Positions 29,149-37,725 of a DNA stretch of 64,000 nt are shown here, piece by piece. The notes beneath the pieces are model-generated. The model did not search any database. It was not told the origin of the DNA and was given only the letters and a program-made list of their open reading frames with translations. This DNA is from Bacteroidaceae bacterium (GTDB lineage Bacteria > Bacteroidota > Bacteroidia > Bacteroidales > Bacteroidaceae), in NCBI GenBank assembly GCA_045597985.1, contig JAZLLE010000063.1, positions 13,973 to 77,972 on the forward strand, in the 5' to 3' direction. How positions within the stretch are numbered: position 1 is the first letter of the stretch; the number at the start of each line of letters is the position of its first letter. Position numbers and translations under genes: made by a program.

Positions 29149-32100
29149 TTACGCTGGTTTTATGGACGGCAGATAGTCCGGTGTGACGAGTCGTCGGTTT
29201 ATCAGTTCTGTCCGGATGGCTGTGTATCTGGTGGCGATGTTCAAGGCTTGTTCTGCTGGAATGTGCCTGAAAACATAATCAAGAGCGGGACAGAAGTATT
29301 TCAATTCCAGCGCCCTTACGTTATTGTCGGACAGCAGGACAAGTTCCATGAGCTGGAGAGTCTGCAAAGCCAGTTCATACAACCCGTCAGGATTGCCATT
29401 CACTGCGTGGCAGAACAAGTCCAGCACCTGTGCCATCATCAAATGCCGCATTGCAATGGAATCCTTAGGGTTCTTTTCAAGAATATCCAAGGTGGTGCTG
29501 CGTAGTTCTTCAATAGGTTCTTCTGTCAGCGAACCGCAGCTGGCAAGAATGTCCGCTCCGGACTTCAGCATAGTGGCAAGGCTGTGATGGAGCATGATGT
29601 CATCGGGATGCTTCCGATGTTCCTTACGGAGAATGTCAATGGCTTTTGCAATTGAATCGGAAGCCTGCTCCGGCCTTCCTGCAACAATCTGGCAACGAGC
29701 CTGATAATCCCAGACAAAAGAATATTGTCTGGCAATACCTGGTACTGAAAGATATCGCTCCATCTCATCGATCAGCTGTCCGTTCCACTCCATTGCCACA
29801 GCATTATCAAGACTCATCAGGATGCCACTTCTCCGTACCTTTGCCATATATAGATCCAGAAGCATCGCATCTGAAGGCTGATTTTGGGCGAGAAGCCTGA
29901 AGAGCTCAATTGAGACTCTGTTTTTTTCCAGACCGATTGTTATGTATCTTTTCTGCTGGGCTGCATTTGTCCCCATATCAATCCAGTTGGAAGAATGCTC
30001 ATCCAGACACGAAGCGTAGCTGTATGTCAGTGAGAATGTCGGACTGTTCAGGTATAGTATTCTTGTCTGCTGTTCCTGCAATCCCTTGAAATGAACGGCA
30101 TTCGACAGATTGCCGCAATAACGCTTCTCAAAGTCTGATCTGGCATCAAAATACAAGGCGTTGGCAAGAATGGCACAAAGGCTCTTGTGGGTAAGCGCGT
30201 TTATTTGCAGGAATGCCGACTCCATGGCTGAGATGATCTGTGCGGATATATTCGGATCTGAAGTCCTTTCAATCATACACTTTTCCAAGAAGATGAAATT
30301 CCAATACGAGATGCATAACAGGATCTGACTGTCATAGCTCTGAGATTCATGGAACCTTGCCAGTGAATCATAGAACGACTGTTCTGCATTCCCTTCAAAC
30401 AGGGACACCAGTTCAGGCCAAACGGTTTGTGTAGCAGAGCAGGCGATTTCATTCCTTGTCCGTTCAATGAAAAAAAACGTACAGGCATTTAGTTCGGCTC
30501 TGATGGCCTCATATATCATACCATCGGCATATTCAGGAAGGCTTTCAATTATCTTGCTCAACTGCAATGCCTTACCGTATAGGTAATTCCATGGCTTGGG
30601 CTGTTCGAGTGGATCAATGTCGCACGGTCGCATCCCTGACGTGTTACGAATGTCATTGTCGAACTTGATGACATCGGCGATATAATCCTCTTTAAGCAGA
30701 GGAGCAAATGTTTTTTTTACTGTTTGAAAGGAGAGCAGGGATACGTCTTCGCGATATGACTGCCTCAAGCGTTCAAGAGATGTGAAACCAAAAGACGCTG
30801 AATCCAATACTTCACGGGCGAGGCAGGCTTCTTCGTCGGTTGGGAATGATTCGACCAGATAATCCGGCAGCAGGCGGACATCAGGGGGAGTGTTCTCAAT
30901 GACTTCTTGCAGATAGAAGGAGATCTTTTCTGCCTCATCCACATCAGCGATGTTTCTCATCTTCGCAAAGTCATTCAAATCCAGTCCGATAAGATGATTG
31001 AGAACCATTATAGTCCACAATGGATTGCCGCATGCCGGTCTGCCGTCATCTCTCTTCCTCTCAGTCAGAGAGTCGAGAACTTTCCTTGGCAGTCCTTTGT
31101 GAGCTATTTGCGTGTACAGGGCGGCGATTTGTCTGGTAGATTCTTCATCCTGTTCTGGTATCGACAGATAGCGGGCGTTTTCGCCATCGCGCAGACAGGT
31201 GATGTCAATATTAGTCGTGAGGACGATGGAAAAGTTCTGCGTGTCAACCAAATCGGCAAGGATATATTTAAGATCTTTCAAGTACTGCACATTGTCTATC
31301 AGGAGCAGCACCCTTTTCTCCTGTTGTCCGGCGATTTCTGACAGATACTTCATCAGAATGCCGGGGTGAGCCTCTACCGACAGAGGCAGCTTCGGGAAGC
31401 CCTGTCCGGGAAGCATCCACAGAAACTTTTTCAGCATCACCTCCGCATAAGAGTCATACCCGGCTTTGCACGAGAAGTGCATAAGCGGAAGCCATTGTCC
31501 GCTATCCCGCAGCTCATTGAACAAGTGGGCAATCAGAGATGTCTTCCCCATACCGTCCCAGGCCTTGATTACAAGAGGCGTCGACGAAGAACCAAGGTGT
31601 GATGTCACCTCATTGAGAAATGCAGCATCGGGGACATAGTATGAATCCCTTTCTTCGGCGAAGGTAAAGTCTGCGCGGACCATATCGTCCAGCTCGGTGC
31701 AGTTCGCCGCATCAATGTCAATCTCCGACATTATGGTACGAACCAGTGGGTCGACTATGGATGTTATTGCCTTTTCATCAATTTCCAGTGACGTGCCATT
31801 CCAGCGGCAGTCATAATCTATGACATTACGCGTGTATCCGCTTGACTGATAGGTATCCCGGATTTTTCTCCGAAGACTGTCCAACTTGGCCACGTATCGG
31901 GGGTCGCTGTCACAGAAAATGGCTTTGGATACAGGATTCATCTTTTCATATACGTCCGGCTTTCTTAAAAAAAAGAAACTGCTTGAAAGAGATTTCCTGT
32001 CGTTCAAGACTCCGAACAGCATTTCTAATTCCGTGACACTACGTACATCACCCAGATCATCGCCCATCATGGCCCGTTCTTCGTCAGTCATGGAATCAAC

Positions 32101-32403
32101 GATGCCTTGCCAACGGTTTTCGGGAGGAATCCAACCATACCTGTCGCCGACGAAGCCGATGAAGAATGGTCGGGATGTTCGGATATAATCGAGGCAGTCA
32201 TTAAGAACCTTGCTCTCGCGTTCTTCTTCAGGTATGTCCTGTGTGTTCACACCCCAACGCAAGTCAACTATTCGGACTGCAGCATCTACATGCCTGAATT
32301 TCAGAGCACTTTCTATGGCAGGTTTCAAGACACTGAGCACAATGTCCCGTTCAGCGTCCATGTCCTTGAAAGTACTGCTTATAAAAATGCCTATAGTTTT
32401 CAT
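29149..32403 (-). CDS. DUF4062 (N-terminal) - P-loop STAND/NACHT-like NTPase - C-terminal helical (TPR-like) repeat protein
   Basis: A 1084 aa ORF. The N-terminus IFISSTFKDMDAERD...FFIGFVGDRYGWIP matches my recollection of DUF4062. Walker A is AWDGMGKTS and Walker B is RVLLLIDNV. The C-terminal ~550 aa is all-helical repeat-like sequence. Confidence 0.8.
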   Translation of the reverse strand: MKTIGIFISSTFKDMDAERDIVLSVLKPAIESALKFRHVDAAVRIVDLRWGVNTQDIPEEERESKVLNDCLDYIRTSRPFFIGFVGDRYGWIPPENRWQGIVDSMTDEERAMMGDDLGDVRSVTELEMLFGVLNDRKSLSSSFFFLRKPDVYEKMNPVSKAIFCDSDPRYVAKLDSLRRKIRDTYQSSGYTRNVIDYDCRWNGTSLEIDEKAITSIVDPLVRTIMSEIDIDAANCTELDDMVRADFTFAEERDSYYVPDAAFLNEVTSHLGSSSTPLVIKAWDGMGKTSLIAHLFNELRDSGQWLPLMHFSCKAGYDSYAEVMLKKFLWMLPGQGFPKLPLSVEAHPGILMKYLSEIAGQQEKRVLLLIDNVQYLKDLKYILADLVDTQNFSIVLTTNIDITCLRDGENARYLSIPEQDEESTRQIAALYTQIAHKGLPRKVLDSLTERKRDDGRPACGNPLWTIMVLNHLIGLDLNDFAKMRNIADVDEAEKISFYLQEVIENTPPDVRLLPDYLVESFPTDEEACLAREVLDSASFGFTSLERLRQSYREDVSLLSFQTVKKTFAPLLKEDYIADVIKFDNDIRNTSGMRPCDIDPLEQPKPWNYLYGKALQLSKIIESLPEYADGMIYEAIRAELNACTFFFIERTRNEIACSATQTVWPELVSLFEGNAEQSFYDSLARFHESQSYDSQILLCISYWNFIFLEKCMIERTSDPNISAQIISAMESAFLQINALTHKSLCAILANALYFDARSDFEKRYCGNLSNAVHFKGLQEQQTRILYLNSPTFSLTYSYASCLDEHSSNWIDMGTNAAQQKRYITIGLEKNRVSIELFRLLAQNQPSDAMLLDLYMAKVRRSGILMSLDNAVAMEWNGQLIDEMERYLSVPGIARQYSFVWDYQARCQIVAGRPEQASDSIAKAIDILRKEHRKHPDDIMLHHSLATMLKSGADILASCGSLTEEPIEELRSTTLDILEKNPKDSIAMRHLMMAQVLDLFCHAVNGNPDGLYELALQTLQLMELVLLSDNNVRALELKYFCPALDYVFRHIPAEQALNIATRYTAIRTELINRRLVTPDYLPSIKPA

Positions 32404-32411
32404 CTTCTATA

Positions 32412-33638
32412 TCAACAAATGGAGCTGAATGAAGGCCGGAATGCCTCTCTGATCCTCTGCGCGAAGGCATTCAAGACTTCTTGCTGGCTAAAACCGAATG
32501 CCTCAACTCCCATCTTGATCATCAGATTGACCTCTTCAGCCTTCAACTTGTTGTCGGAGAGGACTTGATCCATTATGAATTTGAACAGTTCAAACCGGAG
32601 ATTGGGATTTTTCTGCAGAATAGCAGCCAGACTTTCATTAAAGACTCTCACGACATCGCCATTCTCAACTTTTTTCAACATATTCATCGGAAACAGGGTG
32701 AATTGCGATATTCTCTGGAGAATGTTTTCCTTTTCATCTTTGGATACTTCACCATCTGCACTTGCGATCAGGAGGCCGGCCGCTGCCATGAAATATGGCA
32801 TTTTGCTATCTATTTCCGATGTGGTTACCCTGCTTATCATAAACACCAGTTTTTTCATAATCGAGTCAAGTTCCTCCTGAGATGAGGCTGTGGCGAAGGC
32901 ATTGATGGCTTCGACCCTGATTGCATTGGCAGGGTGGTCGTTATATTGGAGGGACAGGAATTGTCCTTCGTAGAAATGAGCGAGAAGCTTGTGGTTGTGT
33001 CGGACAAATGCATCTATGTCAATATTCATTCCCTTCAGGTTTAGCCCAGACTGCAACTTAAAGAAAGCTGAAATGCAGGCATCTCTGTTCCCTGCCGCAA
33101 GGTAGCCGAAACGGTCAGCCACCAGTTCGCATAACTGGTTCCACGCCCTGACTTTAAGCTGGAGAAGCAAAGGTGACATGGATTCCAATTCCGGAAAGAT
33201 AAAAGAAATCAGGTTCGACAGTTCCCCGTCTCGGTTTATCTGGTGACCAAGTTCATGGCCGACCACAAAGCGCAGTTCGTCTTCTGTCATAAGTTCGATA
33301 AGTGCGGAATTGAGTCTTATGATTATCGGACGGTCAGGAGCAGTGTCAACTAAAGTGCAGGCATTGGCGCTTATCGAGTTGGTAATATAGAACTCGGCCT
33401 GTCTGTCAAATCCAAGTTTTGAGATTGTGTCCTGCAATAACTGATACAGATGTGGCATTATTTCCGGCTCAACCTTCAGCATATCTATGGCAAGGCTGGT
33501 ACGTATCAGGCTGTCATTCTGACCAATGGCTCCGACAGACTGCATGACCTGATCTATTACATCGCCTTCAAGCGAATCGTGTATTCTCTGTTTGAGTTCG
33601 CGCTCATAATTGAGAAACGGAGAAAATCTGTAATTCAT
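32412..33638 (-). CDS. M48-like zinc metallopeptidase with C-terminal TerB-like domain
   Basis: HExxH in FVVGHELGHQINRD. The C-terminal part carries LLIASADGEVSKDEKENIL plus a second half-repeat (SDNKLKAEEVNLMIKM), typical of TerB-like domains. Confidence 0.75.
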   Translation of the reverse strand: MNYRFSPFLNYERELKQRIHDSLEGDVIDQVMQSVGAIGQNDSLIRTSLAIDMLKVEPEIMPHLYQLLQDTISKLGFDRQAEFYITNSISANACTLVDTAPDRPIIIRLNSALIELMTEDELRFVVGHELGHQINRDGELSNLISFIFPELESMSPLLLQLKVRAWNQLCELVADRFGYLAAGNRDACISAFFKLQSGLNLKGMNIDIDAFVRHNHKLLAHFYEGQFLSLQYNDHPANAIRVEAINAFATASSQEELDSIMKKLVFMISRVTTSEIDSKMPYFMAAAGLLIASADGEVSKDEKENILQRISQFTLFPMNMLKKVENGDVVRVFNESLAAILQKNPNLRFELFKFIMDQVLSDNKLKAEEVNLMIKMGVEAFGFSQQEVLNAFAQRIREAFRPSFSSIC

Positions 33639-33652
33639 AGGATAATACTTAC

Positions 33653-35398
33653 TTATTCTTTGTTCAAAATGTAATCCAGGGCATCAATCAGAATCCTATC
33701 CTTGTCCTTCTCTTCTTCAGGAAGGGACTCAAAAGGAACGATGTCGGGATGTATGAATCTTTTCTTGTCTTTGACCGGTCCTGGCTTGTAGCCCATAAGA
33801 AGGGCCGACATCACCCATCTCCTATGCTCTGCTTCGTAAACTGGCAACTGTTCTGAACTTATGTCAAAGCATTTAGTGCGTAGTGGAAGAGCGCTGGCGC
33901 AGAAGATGCTGGAGCATTTGTCTGCCTCACTGATCGGATACCATGCATCTTCAGGGGAGTCTGCAGGAGGATTCATATACGCCTTGTTGTAAATGAAATT
34001 CACTCTTTGTCCGAGTTTCAGCCTGTTTCCCATCAAAGGGTCGGTAATAGTTTTGTTTGCAAGGCCGAATATGGTGATGTCACCATACATTCCGGTTGAC
34101 AGAGCCAGTTGGATGATGTCATCGGAATCATTTAGATACAAGGCTGTCCGGGAAGTTGTATGGGAAATTTCAGGAAGATGCAGGGCACATTCCACTGCCT
34201 TATGCGAATCCTCGATGCAAATCAATATGCGCAATTCCGTTGATCCGTCTTTTGCTGATGATTGGATTATGTCCCTTGGAATGGAGTCGTTATGTCCAGC
34301 CTCAACAAATTCCCATTCAATGTCAAGATAATCATTTTCTGATGCAGGACTATGTTCTGTCCTGACTCCACTGCCGGATATGAAGGTGTAGTGAGACATC
34401 TCGAACAGGGTCGGATGAGCGGCGAGCATGGACTGACGGCATTCTGATATGTCGGGATCAATCATGGTGATGACGGTCCGACGCCCGAACCGTTTGAATG
34501 AAGGATAATGGCAGATATGGGCTATTTCGACAGCTGTTGAAACCGCTACCTTACCGGAACCGAAAATGACAAAGCGGGCCGCCTTGTCTTCCGATGTCCT
34601 GATGACCGGAAGGTAATCAGTGCCAACCATCAGTTGTTCGGCATAATATTCAAATTCATCAATGATGTTAACCTGCAGTCCCGATACGCAGCCGTCAGAC
34701 TCCGAAGCGTTCTTCATGTACTGGAACACTTCCTTGACTTCCTGCTCCCTGATTGAAAGGAAGCATGGAATTTTCCTGTCTGTCGCAGGAACGGCTCTCT
34801 TGAGGATAGACAGAGTCCTGAGGTTGAGCGCATCGTGATTCGGGTCGGAAGCATTGCCTGTCAAATAGATGCACTCTGCATCATATATACAGGTTGAAAG
34901 GATATCGTCCTCATCGGTTTGACTTCCATGGTAGTAATAGACCTCGTTCCCCAGTTCCGGATCGTTTTCACAGAGGACAACAACAGTCTTTCCACTGTCG
35001 AGAAGAGCCTGCACCACAACAGGTACACTGCCTCCCTCTCCGAAAACGACTACGTGTCCTTTCAGGCGATAGCGTCTTTCTCCATTCCTGACGGATTCAC
35101 TGATATTGTCGAAGATATTGGTGAATACGCTTATGAGAAGTGCGGAAAATACCAGAGTGCTTAAAATAGCGAGAATGATACGGAACCAGTAGTGCGAACC
35201 GGCTGCCAGGGAATAACCCGGGTCCAGAAAAACCGCCACCACATCCTCCCACGAGAAGTCACCTTCGTCAAAGAACAGTTTTACCGTCAGTATCGCTGAA
35301 AATATTATCAACAGCGTTATTGCACAGAGCCATCCAAGCTGCTTTCCACTGTCTTTTGCCAAAAGCCTGTCCAGTTTTCTCTTTAATGGGGATTTCAT
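33653..35398 (-). CDS. 2-TM membrane protein with two Rossmann/RCK-like domains and a C-terminal RyR domain
   Basis: The start is set at MKSPLKRK (35398); the longer ORF to 35509 would overlap the upstream gene. TM helices are LGWLCAITLLIIFSAILTVKLFF and FRIILAILSTLVFSALLISVF. VVVFGEGGSVPVVVQALLDSGKTVVVL is Rossmann-like. The C-terminus EHRRWVMSALLMGYKPG..KRFIHPDIVPFESLPEEEKDKDR matches the RyR-domain signature. Confidence 0.7.
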   Translation of the reverse strand: MKSPLKRKLDRLLAKDSGKQLGWLCAITLLIIFSAILTVKLFFDEGDFSWEDVVAVFLDPGYSLAAGSHYWFRIILAILSTLVFSALLISVFTNIFDNISESVRNGERRYRLKGHVVVFGEGGSVPVVVQALLDSGKTVVVLCENDPELGNEVYYYHGSQTDEDDILSTCIYDAECIYLTGNASDPNHDALNLRTLSILKRAVPATDRKIPCFLSIREQEVKEVFQYMKNASESDGCVSGLQVNIIDEFEYYAEQLMVGTDYLPVIRTSEDKAARFVIFGSGKVAVSTAVEIAHICHYPSFKRFGRRTVITMIDPDISECRQSMLAAHPTLFEMSHYTFISGSGVRTEHSPASENDYLDIEWEFVEAGHNDSIPRDIIQSSAKDGSTELRILICIEDSHKAVECALHLPEISHTTSRTALYLNDSDDIIQLALSTGMYGDITIFGLANKTITDPLMGNRLKLGQRVNFIYNKAYMNPPADSPEDAWYPISEADKCSSIFCASALPLRTKCFDISSEQLPVYEAEHRRWVMSALLMGYKPGPVKDKKRFIHPDIVPFESLPEEEKDKDRILIDALDYILNKE

Positions 35399-35466
35399 TG
35401 TTTTAAGTAGTTTCGTTTTGTTAAAATAGTATTTTTGCCCGAAAATAAAAGAGGATGTACCTGCCC

Positions 35467-36396
35467 TTAGCCGAAAATCTTGTAGAACAGAATTGTCAGG
35501 ACAGTACACGCAGCCGCACTTATGACAGGAAGCCCAATCGATGGACCGTCAAAGATCAGACATACCATAGTAAAGGCATAGAGGAACAACAATTCAGCAA
35601 CAACTCCTATAAGGACGGCAATTGTGCCGTCAATCACATAGTCGGTATATATCATCAGCAGCGGCAGAGCGATGATGAAAGGAACGGACACTAGTAAAAC
35701 AAGCAATGCGAGAAAGAACACGATTCTGGCTACCCAGGACACTATCCTTACAGTAAAATCTCCAAAATGATAATCCTTTTCTGTCTTTGCATCATCTTCT
35801 TTCAAATATGATATGTAGCCGTGCAGTTGAGAAGCTCTGACTCCATGCCTTACAAGAGAGGACATCCCCGGAATCAATGAATAAAACTTTGCTTTCTTGT
35901 CGGGAACCAGGGAATAGTCCACATTTGTGGCAAGGCTGTCCTTGAAAGTAATGGTCACGCTTTCCGTTGAAAGGCTGTCATCCTTAGCAAGGACTTTTAT
36001 GGGGAAAACCACCTCCGCTCCGCTCATTTCCGAAGGGTAAGCCAGCTCTCTTTCAATTTCTCTCAAGGATTTCCCGATAACCTTGGATTCAAGTGAATCC
36101 TTGCAGATCAGGGCTGCTTTGGTAGGGTCGAATCCCTTAATCTTATAGTAATGAGGCAGCTCGGATATTTTGACCCAGGAGCGTGTGCCGTTTTCCCATT
36201 GAACCAGAGCCTCCCTCTCAGATAGAGACTTCTTGTCCGAACGCTCTGCTAGAAGGTGCGCTTCTTTCTTCCCAACCATGCACTCCCAGACGGGATCGTC
36301 GGGAGCCTCGAACGGATTGCCGAGAGTCGCTCTGAAATAAAAGAATGCAGAAACGATTATGGCAAGACTGACAAAAGAACTGATTATATACTTCAT
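35467..36396 (-). CDS. Membrane protein of unknown family (N-terminal TM, ~200 aa extracytoplasmic domain, 3 C-terminal TMs)
   Basis: A 309 aa ORF with clear hydrophobic segments at both ends and no recognisable motif. It is co-directional with and tightly spaced within the operon. Confidence 0.6.
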   Translation of the reverse strand: MKYIISSFVSLAIIVSAFFYFRATLGNPFEAPDDPVWECMVGKKEAHLLAERSDKKSLSEREALVQWENGTRSWVKISELPHYYKIKGFDPTKAALICKDSLESKVIGKSLREIERELAYPSEMSGAEVVFPIKVLAKDDSLSTESVTITFKDSLATNVDYSLVPDKKAKFYSLIPGMSSLVRHGVRASQLHGYISYLKEDDAKTEKDYHFGDFTVRIVSWVARIVFFLALLVLLVSVPFIIALPLLMIYTDYVIDGTIAVLIGVVAELLFLYAFTMVCLIFDGPSIGLPVISAAACTVLTILFYKIFG

Positions 36397-36415
36397 TGCT
36401 TCATTTTATTCAAGC

Positions 36416-37222
36416 TCATGCATCGAAACGCCCGTCATCATCAATATAATCTTCATCATTCAATCCCGGAGCGAATTCCCCTTCACCGACAAGAGCCACG
36501 ATGACCGAGATGTTGTCGTGGCCGCCGTTGTCCCTGGCACGCTCGACCAGCCCTGCAGCCGGTTCAAAGTCATTGGAAAGGATTACCTCCATTTCATCAT
36601 CACTTACCTCATCGGTGAGGCCATCGGAGCAGATGACTATCATATCCTCATCAAGGAGACGGTCAGTGATATTCTCCACCTTTACAGCCCCTATACTTCC
36701 AGCGCCAATGCAGGAGAGCAGGAGTTTTTTGTCTCTCACGTTGCCTGTGATTCCCCTCTCCGTATCGTCAGTCGTGAGTTGGGTGAGTCTGCCGCCCCTG
36801 AAACGGTACGTTCTGCTGTCTCCGGAATTCACAAGAAGGATTTGTCCGAGCATCCAGATTACTCCGGTAAGAGTGCATCCCATCGCGGATTTCAGTCCTT
36901 CTTCAGCTGCCCTCCCATTGAATTCGGCGCTGATCCCGGCAAGGTGGTCTGTAAAAGCGGATACAAAGGCCTCAGGAGAATCGAATTCTCTGTCAGACAG
37001 CAGTTTGTCTATGCTTGTCAACAGTTCCCTGCTGGCTACTTCGCCTTTTTCGTGTCCTCCCATGCCATCAGAGACGAAAAGATGGAACTGCCTCATTTCC
37101 TGCACATTGACAGTAAGGTCGGTGCCGGCATCACTCAACAGAAAACCTCCGAGGGACAACATATCCTCATTATGATCTCTGATACAACCTTTGTCGCAGT
37201 ATGCCTGAATAGTCAGTTTCAT
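36416..37222 (-). CDS. PP2C-family Ser/Thr protein phosphatase
   Basis: PP2C motifs RDHNEDM, VSDGMGGH, CSDGLTD and GGHDNISVIV. Confidence 0.9.
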   Translation of the reverse strand: MKLTIQAYCDKGCIRDHNEDMLSLGGFLLSDAGTDLTVNVQEMRQFHLFVSDGMGGHEKGEVASRELLTSIDKLLSDREFDSPEAFVSAFTDHLAGISAEFNGRAAEEGLKSAMGCTLTGVIWMLGQILLVNSGDSRTYRFRGGRLTQLTTDDTERGITGNVRDKKLLLSCIGAGSIGAVKVENITDRLLDEDMIVICSDGLTDEVSDDEMEVILSNDFEPAAGLVERARDNGGHDNISVIVALVGEGEFAPGLNDEDYIDDDGRFDA

Positions 37223-37725
37223 TGGATGACGAAGGATAAACGTGAGATTTTAAGAGTATCTCCCTTTTTGATAGGATATGGAGTGTTGGGTTTGAGTCGG
37301 ATTCCGTTCAGATATGTACCATTGGTGCTTCCATAGTCCATTACGGTCCAACCTTGAGAAGTACGGGCAAACTCTCCGTGCCTGCCCGACACAAAAATGC
37401 AGGATGAGAATTCCGCATAGATTCCGCTTGTCCTTCCGAAAGGGCCTGCTTTCAGCTCAAGTTTCATCCCCTCGCCTGCCAGATACCAGGGCTTGGCATC
37501 CACAGTGATGTCAGCAGTCCGGACTGTGGTTGTCGCAATAGTTGCGGGGCTGATTCCGGCTTGAGAGAAATACTCTTTGCCCCCGACGAGTGTGGCTCCG
37601 CATATAGGGCATTCCGTTCCTCTTTGAAGAACTTTGCAATCAGGACAGAAAGACAGTTTCTGACCGCACTGATCACAGTAGAAGCTGTCATCATCTATAA
37701 TTTCCTTGCAATAGAGGCATCTCAT
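37219..37725 (-). CDS. Double zinc-ribbon plus FHA domain protein
   Basis: The N-terminus has four CxxC pairs (CLYC..CDQC..CPDC..CPIC). The C-terminal FHA signature is GR..(SG)RH..DYGSTNGTYLNG...GD.L. Confidence 0.85.
   Translation of the reverse strand: MRCLYCKEIIDDDSFYCDQCGQKLSFCPDCKVLQRGTECPICGATLVGGKEYFSQAGISPATIATTTVRTADITVDAKPWYLAGEGMKLELKAGPFGRTSGIYAEFSSCIFVSGRHGEFARTSQGWTVMDYGSTNGTYLNGIRLKPNTPYPIKKGDTLKISRLSFVIQ

Noticed and set aside
33653-35509. The longest version of the RyR-protein ORF (618 aa, start at 35509).
   Set aside because: The extra 37 codons overlap the end of the upstream gene by 43 nt and encode no hydrophobic or conserved sequence. The Met at 35398 (MKSPLKRK) precedes the first TM helix.
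36359-37336. Plus-strand ORFs of 325 aa and 224 aa covering the PP2C region.
   Set aside because: The minus strand encodes textbook PP2C and FHA motifs with ATGA coupling. The plus-strand products are Ser/Pro/Ile-rich with no recognisable domain.
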